A DNA stretch of 64,000 bases from Cyanophora paradoxa CCMP329 (Eukaryota > Plantae > Glaucophyta): NCBI GenBank assembly GCA_004431415.1, contig QPMI01000420.1:186001-250000 (forward strand). The letters are read 5' to 3'. Both the position numbers and the translations under genes were made by a program. The notes below the pieces were generated by a model that saw nothing but the letters and a program-made list of their open reading frames with translations, had not been told where the DNA came from and did not search any database. This document shows positions 52,237 to 62,162 of this stretch, piece by piece. The stretch's first letter is position 1. Each line of letters begins with the position of its first letter.

Positions 52237-52834
52237 CTGCACCCTTCAACTAGTGCTAGTGCTATCTAGCGATCGGCTTATCGGAAACTTTAGTGCGATA
52301 TCGATTTATCGAAAGGCTCTACGGCACTTAGATATTCTTCTAGTATTTCTAGTATGGAGTGCCTCATGTAAAGAACTAGTTCAGGTTTAACAATAAGAAA
52401 GATCCAATCAATGCCGGCGCAGTCTCGCAAGCTTGCATGCGCCCGCGACTCGCCCGGCCCGGCGCCGGCGGCCGTGACCGAAAGAGCCTCGGAGCGCAAC
52501 CGGCCTTTTGCATTCAATTCTGAGTACCATCGAGCCCGTGCACGTGCACGTGCACGGCCCCTCGAGCCCGCCGCAGGCCGGCCTATATAATAATGCCTCG
52601 AGCTCGGGAGGCCGGGGAGTCGCCGTACCGTAGTATATGTACAGTGGCGAGCCTACTGCCCCCTTCCTCAATCTCACTCCGTAATTATAAAAGACTGCCA
52701 AGCTTGAGACTCTTGTAAAGTAATAGATTTGAGCTTCGATCGCGTTCAGCTCGGCGAAGAGCACGAATGTTAATTCTTTATTTAGGATTATGTTATCAGT
52801 TATCAACTCGTTTTTGTCGACTTGGCGCCTAGAT

Positions 52835-52876
52835 CTACAGCTCCGAGTCGTTGTAGGAGAAGAGCGCCTGCGCGCG

Positions 52877-52908
<32 letters not shown>

Positions 52909-54177
52909 GGGGGAGGGGGAGGGGGAGGGGGAGGGGGGGAGGCGGGGGGGTCGCGCTCGTTCAACGGGGGGGAGGGGGGGAAGGGGGGTACGGGCGCGGG
53001 CGGACCTCGGCCTGGAGGAGCTCGTCGGCGTCGGCCTCGAGGAGCTCGGCGGCCGCCCCGCCTCCCCGAAGAGCCCGTCCCGCAGGCCCGCCCCCGCCTC
53101 CTCGGCCGCCTGCTGCCCCTCCGCCTCGACCTGCGCCGCGCGCGTTCACGAGCGGGCGCGGCCGGCGGGCTCGTGGGGCGGGGAGGGGGGGGGGGGGGGG
53201 GGGGAGGGGAGGGGGAGGGGGGGAAGGGGGCGGGGGGGGGGGGAGGAAGGAACCTGCAGGGCCCGCACTCCGCCGGAAGAGCCCCCGCGGGCCCCGACGT
53301 TCGTGACGCCGCCGTAGCCGCCGAACTCGCTGGTGGGGGCAGTCGTCGTAGTGGTCGTGGTGGGCGGCGGCGGCGGCGGGTAGACGGTGACGACGAAGGT
53401 CTGGACGGCACCCGGGGTCCAAGGGAAGACCTTGATGGACGAGTCGGCGCCGTCGAACGCCCAGTAGCCGGACTGGCCCCAGACCGGCGCCGAGCCGAAG
53501 TTCACGCGCACGCCGCCGTCCCCCATGGCGGCCGCGTTCTCGAACCTGCGGAGGCGGGATCCAGTTCGGTCGCGGGCCGGCCTGGCCGGGCGCGGCCGGC
53601 GGGAGCAGCCGCCAAGGCCAGGGGCGCGCACAAGACGCGCTGGTCCGGGTCGTTCGTCTGCGTGTGGTAGCCGCGGAGCAGCTGGCCCTGGTTCCACTGC
53701 CAGACGTTGCCGGTCCAGCCGCCCGGCATGTCGGGGATGCGGCCCTGGTTCACGAGGCCGCGGTAGCCCTGCGCCTCTAGGTTCGCGTCCGGCAGCGGGC
53801 TGTACGCCCACACGAACTTCGGGTCGAGCGTGGCTGCTCAGGGAGAAACGAGGGTCAGGCGAAGCGTACGGGCGCGCGGGCGGATGACCGGATGGCCCGA
53901 GTCGGAGCTGGCCATAGATGCGTATGCATATGCATGGGGCCGCACCGGACTTTGGGTCGCAGGGCTCGGCGCGGAGGGCCCAGTCGCCGTACATGTCCTG
54001 CTGCGTCTGGTCGAAGAAAAGGCACTTCTTCGACCAGTCCTGCGCGGGGCGGCGTAAGCGCGCCGAGTCAGTCGTCCGTTGACGCTGCGGGCTGGGGCGC
54101 GCGAGCGATCGGTCTCTCGCGTTCGCGCGCCGCACCTCCTGCAGCGTGAACTTCTGGCCGGCCGTGGGGAGCGCCAT
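52835..54177 (-). CDS. Leaderless beta-trefoil (ricin-B-like) protein with Pro/Thr linker and acidic tail, copy A; 1-nt frameshift in exon 5 relative to copy B
   Basis: 6 exons: MALPTAGQKFTLQE|DWSKKCLFFDQTQQDMYGDWALRAEPCDPKS|ATLDPKFVWAY...NDPDQRVL|FENA...GAVQTFVV...GVRALQ|VEAEGQQ...|ALFSYNDSEL*. The CL...L..CD....W pattern suggests a trefoil (inference). There is an in-frame stop upstream of the ATG. Confidence 0.7.
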
Positions 54178-54727
54178 CCTGACGAACTGGCTTTAGATAG
54201 ACTGCTACAGCGCTGTACCCACAGCCGATGACCAAGCCGATTTTCCAAGCCGAATTCTTTATCTTTCGATCGGCTTGAGCTTTTTTTTTGAGAGCGGCTT
54301 GAGCTGAAGTTTCGAGCCTGGCCATAGCGGCTGACGCGTACGGCGCCGCGTGCGCATGCACTAGGCCGCAGCTGCGCATGCACTAGGCCGCAGCGCAGCT
54401 GCGCATCTGCATGCGCAGCTGCGTCATGGCATGCAGCTTCCAGGGTGCAGATATCGCCAAGTCGATTTCCAGATGGGCCGGCCGCGCGCGCGCGGCCGCG
54501 GCCGCGGCCCGCCGCCGCGCGTATACGTATACGTACAGCTCCGAGGCTCGGCGGAGAGCATGAATGTAAATTCTTTATTTAAATTCTTGTATATATACGT
54601 CATCGATATCAACGTTGACTCGTCCTTGTCGACTTGCAGCTTGCAATTGGAGATAAAAAGGGTAGGATCCGGGCTCGGGCTCGGCAGCCGCTGAGCGGGG
54701 TGTCTATAGCTATAGATATAGCTAGAG

Positions 54728-54791
54728 CTAGAGCTCCGAGTCGTTGTAGGAGAAGAGCGCCTGCGCGGGGCGCGCGCTCGCTTGCCCGAGG

Positions 54792-54823
<32 letters not shown>

Positions 54824-55908
54824 CGAGCGGACCTCGGCCTGGAGGATCTCGTCGGCGTCGGCCTCGAGGAGCTCGGCGGCCGCCCCGCCCTCCTCGAAGA
54901 GCCCGTCCCGCAGGCCCGCCCCCGCCTCCTCGGCCGCCTCCTGCCCCTCCGCCTCGACCTGCGCCGCGCGCGTTCACGAGCGGGCGCGGCCGGCGGGCTC
55001 GTTGGGGGGCGCTGCGGCACCTGCAGGGCCCGCACGCCGCCGGAAGAGCCCCCACGCAGCCCGACGTTCGTGGCGATGTTGCCGCTGTAGTCCACCGTAG
55101 TCGGCGGGATGTAAGGGCGGACGGTCACAACGAAGGTCTGGACGAGGCCCTCGGTCCACGGGAAGGCCTTGATGGACGAGTCGGCGCCGTCGAACGCCCA
55201 GTAGCCGGGCTTGCCCCAGATCGGCGCCGTGCCGATGTTCACCCGGACGCTTCCGTCTCCGACAGCAGACGCGTTCTCGAACCTGAGGCGGCGGGATCCA
55301 GTTCGGTCGCGGGCCGGCCGCGGCCGGGCCAGCGGGAGCAGTGCGCGGTCAAGGGGCGCCGCATGCGCACCCGATGCGCTGGTCGGGGTCGTTCGTCTGC
55401 GTGTGGTACCCGCGGAACAGCTGGCCCTCGCTCCACTGCCACACGTTGCCGCTCCAGGAGTTCGGCAGGTCGGGGAACCGTCCCTGGTTCACGACGCCGC
55501 GAAACCCCTGCGCCTCGAGGTTCGCGTCCGGCAGCTTGCTGTACTCCCACACGAACTTCGGGTCGAGCGTGGCTGCTCAGAGAGGAACGAAGGTCAGGGC
55601 GAAGCGTGCGGGCGGCCGGATCATCGTATCGCCCGAGTCGGAGGACTAGTACTCGGAGCTCGAGCCCGCGCACCGGACTTCGGGTCGCAGGGCTCAGCGC
55701 GGAGGGCCCAGTCGCCGGCGGCGTCCCGCTGCGTCTGGTCGAAGAACAGGCACCTCTTCGACGAGTCCTGCGCGGGGCGGCGTACGCGTGTCGGTCGACG
55801 TCAGTTATCCGTTTGTTGCGGGCTGGGGCGCGCGACCGGTCGGTCTCTCGCGTTCGCGCGCCGTACCTCCTGCAGCGTGAACTTCTCGCCGGCCGTGGGA
55901 AGCGCCAT
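54728..55908 (-). CDS. Leaderless beta-trefoil (ricin-B-like) protein with acidic tail, copy B (intact)
   Basis: Tandem paralogue of 52835-54177 with identical intron positions. The open spliced frame runs from MALPTAGEKFTLQE to ...ELLEADADEILQAE|ALFSYNDSEL*. Similarity extends into the introns and 3' flank. Confidence 0.75.
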
Positions 55909-56140
55909 CGTGATGAACTAGCTATAGATAAAGTGGCTCAGCCGCTGGCGCTGTACCCGCAATCCGATGACCAGGCCGCTGCATGCAGGCTTTGCCCAGC
56001 CGCGAAGCGGCTTGACATGCTTGCGGCTTTGGGCCTTTGGCTTGACGAGGGGTACATGGCGGTGCTAGCCCTGCTGGTCTGACGCGTCCCGAAGGCGCAT
56101 CCGGGAGTCGGCCGCGGCGCTCTGGGCGCCTTGCGGCCGA

Positions 56141-59100
56141 ATGGCCTTCGACCCGGCAGCGTTCGCCAACGCGACCTTCAGTCTCGGCGCAGCTCCTCCC
56201 CCGCTCCGCCGCCCAAGAGACTCGCCGTGGCAGCACGGCGGAAGGCTCGGTCGGCATTCAAGCTCAAGCGGTCCTGCGGCCGCTCAGCGCTCTGCAACCG
56301 CGCCGGTGCACGCTCATCACAGCGCCTCCGCAGCCCATCCGCATACCTCCACGTCTTCCTCATCTTCTTCGCGGCGCATTCTGCGCACGCATCGTTCTCC
56401 CCGCACGGCTCCAGCGGCAGCATCCGGCGGACCGGCCTTCCCGATCAGCGCCCCTGTCTCGCCAACGTTGACCCACATGAGCGCCGGGCCTCCCTTCTTC
56501 GCGCAGCAGCTGCAGCCTGCTCCGCCAGCGGCGTTCCTCAGCCCCTTCCACCGGGCGCTGACGCTCGTCCCGCCCAACGCTGGCTCCGCGGCCGGCGCCG
56601 GCGAGCGTTTCCAGGCCGCGCACATGCCCCCGCAGCAGTACCCGCACGACCCGCAGCTGGACGAGGGCGGCGCGCTGCAGCACCTCGTCTCGCGCCCGCC
56701 GTTCCACGTGGCCTCGCCCGAGGAGCACCGCTTCGCCCACTACGCCGTCGCCGATCGCTTCGCGCGCGGCGGCGCCGCCGCGCCGGCCCCGGCTCCCCCC
56801 ACCCACGGGCTTCCCCCCGCGTCGTTCCTGGCCCCGCAGCAGCCGCCCGGCAACCCTTTCTCGCAGCCGCAGCCGCAGCCGCAGCCGCAGCCGCAGCCGC
56901 AGCCGCCGGCCGCAAATCCCTTCGGGGCGAGCCCAGCCTTCCCGCCCCCGCAGAGCAGCTCCAGCTTTAATTCTTCCGGATTCCTCCCACAGCCCACAGC
57001 CGCGCCTTTCGCCCCGGGCACCTTTCCGCCCGTACCCCAGCCCCGCTTCGGGCTCCCCGCACAGCCCCCGAGCCCCACGCTCCCCTCGCAGCCGGGGCCC
57101 CCGCCTTCGCCCTTCGGTGCGCGGCCGCAGCCGCAGGCCTCCGTCCCTGCCCCCGCCCCCGCCCCCGCCCCGCCCCCGCCCCCGCCCGTCGGCCTTCGGC
57201 GGCAGCCGGCAGCCGGGGGCCCCAGCGGCTTCGCGCCCGCCCCACAGCTCCAGAGGGATGTCCGCTCGTTCTTCGCGCCCCGGCCGCCGGCCCCCACCGC
57301 CGGCCCCGCCGCCGGCCCCGCCGCCGCCCAGCCGCCCGCCGCCGCCCCGCCCCCTCCCGCGGCGCCCCGCGCCTCCCCTTCCGCGCCTTCTTCCGGTCCG
57401 CGCGCGCGCGCCCCGTCTCCTCCCGCGTACCCCCCTGACCCGCCCCGCAGCCGGATCCCGTACCCAACCGCCCCGCCAGTACATCCAGCTCGCTCCCGGA
57501 GACCGCCTCATCGAGTGCGCTGTACCCCCCTCCCTCCTTCCCCCCCCTCCCGCCCGCCCGCCCGACGCGGCGCGGCAGGCTCTGCTCGGCGGTGACGCGG
57601 TTCGACGCGGCGGGGCGGGGGGCGCTGGAGGCGCTGCAGGAGCACGCGCGGGCGGCCTCGGGGTCCGTCCGAGTGGTCGGCCTCGTCGTCGTCGCGCCGG
57701 CCTCCGCCCCCGCCTCGGCCCTCTGCGACGAGGTCGCCCGCCGCATCGGCGACGCCGTCGTCGGGGAGCAGTTCGGCGCCCGGCGGCCCCCGGTCCGCCA
57801 CTTCTTCTTCTTCGGCTCTCTTTCCAGCCACTTCTTCGCCCGCTTGATTCGATGTCTCCTGCTGCAGCCCGGCGGGATCTACATGCGGACCCAGGCGACG
57901 CTGCGCACGGTGCCCGCTATTTGTTTTCCTCCGCCCGTGCAGGCCGAATGCGATCCGCGCCCGCCCGCTCACGCCCCCGCTCCCGGCCCGCGCCGCGTCG
58001 GGCCGCGCATGCGCAGTCCCCTTCCCCCGTCTCCACAGTCGTCCTCGAGCTCCGCCTGGAGCCAGAGCCGGAGCCGGCGGGGCCCCCCTCGGCCTCGGCC
58101 TCGACGGCGCGCTTCCTGCTCGCCGCCCTCGCCGCCCTCTCCTCGGCCCTCGTAGTCGTATCCCCCGCCCTGGACGACGCCGCCTTGCTCGCCCTCTCGC
58201 CCCTCAGCGAGCCCCCGGCGCCGCTCGCGCCGCCGCCGGGCGGCGACGGCGGGGGCGGCCCCGACGCCCTCCGCCCGTACCTCCCCGACCTCCTCTGGGT
58301 CGCCGTCGGGGCGCAGGCGCCGGCGCCGGCGCCGCCCGGGGCCGCTCCCTCGCTCGAGGCCGAGCGCGAGTTCCTGGCCGCGGCGCTGAGCACCCGCCCG
58401 GGGCAGGCCCCCGCCGCCAACCGCGCCCGAGCCTTCCTCCGCGCCGCCTTCTCCCCCTCGAGGCCCGCCGCGTCGGCGACGTGCGTACCCCCGCCTTCTT
58501 CCCCCCCCCCCTTTTTTTCAAACAGCATGCGCTTCAGGGGCGGGGCGGGCTGTCGTCGGAGGCGCTGGAGGCGACGCGGGCGCACCTGGAGCGCTGCGCG
58601 CCGGTCAAGCGCGCCCCGCCCGCCTCGGGCGCCCCCGGCCTCGAGCCCTTCGAGTACACCCCCCGCGGTGCGCGCGCCCCCCGCCTCCCCCCCGGCAGCT
58701 GAGCTCCGGCCCGCTAGCGCTCGCCCTGACCTTTCCCCGCCTGCAGCTCTCTCCCGGGCGTGCGAGCAGCTCGCACGGCGCGCGAGCCACGCCTCGCCCG
58801 TCGTCGGCCCGCGCCGCCGCGCCTGACGCGCCCTTCGCGATCGCAGGTTCCCCGCCGAGGGGGCCCGGATCGACGTGCGAGCCCTCGCGGACGCCGCCAG
58901 CGCCCGCTCCGCCTCCTCCGCCTCCTCCTCGGCCGCGACCCGCGCCCGCCCGCCGCGCCGTCGGCCTCGCGGGCGTCGCCGGCCGCCGCTGGCGCCCCCG
59001 CCGCCCCCGCCCCCGCCCCGCCCCGCCCAGGCGTCCCAGCCTTCCTCCACCTCCTCCGCCGCCCCCTCTTCCATGGCCGCGACCTGCAAGGTCCCCGCCC

Positions 59101-59304
59101 CCTTCGTCCCGTACCCTCGAGCTCGCCAGCACCGCACGCAACTCCGCGCGCGGACGCGCGCAGGTCTGCCTGGAGGCGCCCCTGGAGGTGGTTCTGCTGC
59201 CCTGCCGGCACATGTGCCTGTGCGAGGCGTGCAGCCGGGGGATCCGGAACAAGTGCCCCGTGTGCCGCCAGCCAGTCCAGCAGGTCATCAAGGTCTACAC
59301 GTAG
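56141..59304 (+). CDS. Pro/Gln-rich N-terminus + degenerate GBP/atlastin-like GTPase fold + C-terminal IAP/MDM2-type RING (probable E3 ligase)
   Basis: Terminal RING: CK|VCLEAPLEVVLLPCRHMCLCEACSRGIRNKCPVCRQPVQQVIKVYT*. The middle follows the GBP motif order: RLIE...ALEAL...VRVVGL...GIYM...LAALSSALVV....DDAALLAL...PDLLWV...FLAAAL...NRARAFLRAAF. Confidence 0.75.
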
Positions 59305-59733
59305 CGTGCAGCCCGGCAGATCTAGAGCAGCGAGGTCGAGTTCGAAGTCCGCCGCCCTAGCCTGCCTAGGCCTCGGGCAGCCGGGCTCCCCTAGGCCTCT
59401 AGATCTTCGCCAAGTTGAACGTTGTTCTCGATCAAATTAAAGCGCTAGATGTAGATCTGAACGAGCCGATAGAAATAAAAACGAAAATGCAGCGAGCTCG
59501 AGTGATCAGTGATATCGATCAGTGATCTCACTGCATGACGGCAGCAATGCCGCAGCATGCATATCATGAAGGAAGGAAGGCCGTCTGAGGCGCGTGTCGA
59601 TTCTATTGGTATTGCAATTTGCAAGTTGCCGAATTTCGGCCCGCGGGCCGCGGGCCCGGCCGCGGCTCCAGGCGCCTGCGGCCCCCTCCGCGCCCGCCCC
59701 CCCCCCCCCTCCCCCCCCCCCCCCCCCCCCCCC

Positions 59734-59770
59734 ACGGTCACGCACCGTGTGCCACACGGTGCGTGACCGT
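59734..59770. repeat. Perfect 18-bp inverted repeat with 1-nt spacer
   Basis: acggtcacgcaccgtgtg-c-cacacggtgcgtgaccgt, directly after a long C tract. Confidence 0.9.
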
Positions 59771-59862
59771 CACACGGCGTGGCATGCGCAGTGTGGCACC
59801 GTGCACTTGGGGCCGGCGCCGGTGGGCGGCGGTGGCCCGCCGGGCCGGCGGTGGCCCGTGGC

Positions 59863-60378
59863 TAGGGTTGCCGTTTTACGTCAAGTTTTACACCCACCCT
59901 GTAAAAGTAAAAGTGCTGTCAAACTTGACAGTTTTACATGTAAAACTTGACACCATACAAGAGCGCCCATCCATGAATCAGAGAGCGGCGCTGCCTGCGG
60001 CCAGTGCGAGCCTGCGACCTAGTGTACATGTGTATGCCTTTCCCACCGGGTTCTCTCTCTCTCTACACACGATTTTCGTGGAAAGAAAAGCAGTCCTGAG
60101 GGGGGGTAGGCCTTCCAAGGGCCCTGGCCTCAGAAAAGGTGCTTAACGGGTAGGGTTTTAATGCAGAAGCGCTGTATATCCGATGGAAGTACGATTAGCA
60201 CCCGGAATGCGGCGATTCTGCACCCGGAAATCGCCAGAATAGGGCAGTTCTGCCAACGGAGACCCCGCAGCCAGCCGCCGTTTTACGTCAAGTTTTACAA
60301 GGGCCTGTAAAAGTAAAAGTAAAACTTGACGTTTTACGTCAAGTTTTACAGGTGTCAAACTTGACAACGGCATCCCTA
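59863..60378. mobile_element. Non-autonomous hAT-type MITE, 516 bp
   Basis: TIRs tagggttgccgtt / aacggcatcccta (12/13 match). Exact 8-bp TSD cccgtggc at 59855-59862 and 60379-60386. Subterminal gttttacgtcaagttttaca / gtaaaa / aaacttgac repeats. Confidence 0.92.
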
Positions 60379-60574
60379 CCCGTGGCCCGTGGGCCGTGCC
60401 ACTGGCCCAGTGGCCAGTGCACGCCACTGCACGGTGTGCACTGTGCAGTGTGCACTGTGCACGCGCTGCCAGCCTGCCACGCGTACGTACCCGATCATAT
60501 GTATGCCATCATATAGTCATCCATCGGTCGGACGGTCTCGGACCGCCCCTTTTTCCGCGGGCTGTGCGTGGGAT

Positions 60575-60952
60575 TAGGGCACTGGCCGGCGGCCAAGCCG
60601 GCTAGCTAGCCGGCCAATTTGGGCGGGGGCCGCCTGGGCTAGGCAGCCGAAACCCCGGCTTGCCACTGTTGCCAGCCCAGGGGTTTTGCCGGTTTTCCCC
60701 GGCTTGTCAGCCAAGTCAGCAAGCCCGGGGCTCGCAATCGAGCCGGCGAACGAAGCATAGGTGAAGTTAGCGCGAGCTGCACCAAGCCAGACCAAGCCGC
60801 GCTGGCCACCGGTACCATAGTAACTGGCAAGCCGCTGGCAAGCCAGCCGAAATTTTGGAGCCGCCAAGCCGCTAGGGCCAGCCCCGGTGCAAGCTTTCGG
60901 AATTTTGGGCCAGCCCCGGTGCAAGCTTCTAGACACGCCGGCCAGTGCCCTA
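60575..60952. mobile_element. Non-autonomous hAT-type MITE, 378 bp
   Basis: Perfect 17-bp TIRs tagggcactggccggcg / cgccggccagtgcccta. Exact 8-bp TSD cgtgggat at 60567-60574 and 60953-60960. Internal caagcc repeats. Confidence 0.93.
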
Positions 60953-61169
60953 CGTGGGATCGCCGGATCGGACCACTGGGACTGGGACGGTGTGGCCAAT
61001 GGCCATGGTCCGTGTCACAGACTCACAGACTAGAGTCACAGACTCACGTGCACAGTGTCACGTACATGACAGGACGAAAAAATGGTTTGGACGGTTGGAC
61101 CCCACATGTTGATACCCGGTACTTGAAACAGGGTGCAAGCAGCCCAGTTCTGGCTGTAAAAAAAGCTTA

Positions 61170-61642
61170 AGAGACTCTGCAGAGTCAGTGCAGACTGCAG
61201 CTGTGCAGACTGCAGAGTCATCTTAGACTCATCTACTGTAAGTCGGGAAATATTTAGTATACTGGATCTTTATAGTACCAAAGTTTTGAGGCCTGACTAC
61301 TAAAGTTTTATCGTATACTAAACCGAGGTGCGAGGGGGGGTACGTAGCCCGCGCGCGCAGCCAAAGTTGCAGTGCGGGAGAAGCTAGCTATAGTGCGAGG
61401 GGGCTTCCGGACTCTCCAACAGATCAAGACCCCCTGGCGCGCCCACCCCCTTCCAAAGGCCGCTACTAAAGCGCTACGCGCGGCTATCTCTTAATTATTT
61501 TCAGCCTACTAAACCGACCAAACCCCGGGATTACTAATTATTTTGGGGTCTTAAATATTACCCGAATTACAGTATAGCTAGTGCAGAGTCACTGCAGACT
61601 CACTGCAGAGTCAGTGCAGAGTCACTGCAGACTGCAGCGCTA
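61170..61642. mobile_element. Probable truncated MITE (hAT-like right end only)
   Basis: Clusters of tgcagagtca/tgcagact repeats at 61172-61221 and 61581-61638. It ends in cagcgcta, but no matching left TIR or TSD was found. Confidence 0.45.
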
Positions 61643-62162
61643 GCTGAGATAAATTCAAATACTACTAGTAACAAGATCGATATGACGATATCTAGATAAC
61701 GCTAGGCGGCTACTAGGCTAGGGTTCAACGGTTGCCGGCCCGGGCGACTTGCCGCCGGCCCGCCGCAACTTGCCGCCGAGTTGCCGGTTCCTAGGAACCC
61801 CTCAGGGCCTTGTTGTTCGTTAGATATATATACGTTAGTAGGGGGGCCCAGGCCAATTGCAAGTTGCCAAGTTGGGTTGCCGGCGACTTGCCGGCGTTGC
61901 TATTTAACTTGCCAAGTCAGCTGCACACGGCAGTGACTAAGGAAGTTGGCTACTAGTAGCCTACTACTAGTGACAGCCGCGCGGCGACCACAGCCTGGCA
62001 GCTGCAGCCTGCAGCTGTAGCCTAGTAGGAAGCCTCGGAAGAATCCAGCTGCCCATATCTGACGTCGATCGCGACGGTCGTGCATTCGGTGCGGTTCAAC
62101 GGTTAAGCCTTAGCTGTCCGACAGTCATCGCCGAAAAGACTTGAACTGCGGAGCACTTCGAA

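Noticed and set aside
2845-53070. Single-base frameshifts in G/C runs (~2850, ~16400, ~16975, 19250-19500, ~51545, ~53062) as programmed frameshifting or pseudogenes
   Set aside because: All sit in homopolymer or GC tracts, the classic long-read consensus error. They cannot be called biological without accurate reads.
59876-60366. Repeated gttttacgtcaagttttaca units resembling CRISPR repeats or iterons
   Set aside because: Irregular spacing and mixed orientation, inside a TIR/TSD-bounded element; these are MITE subterminal repeats.
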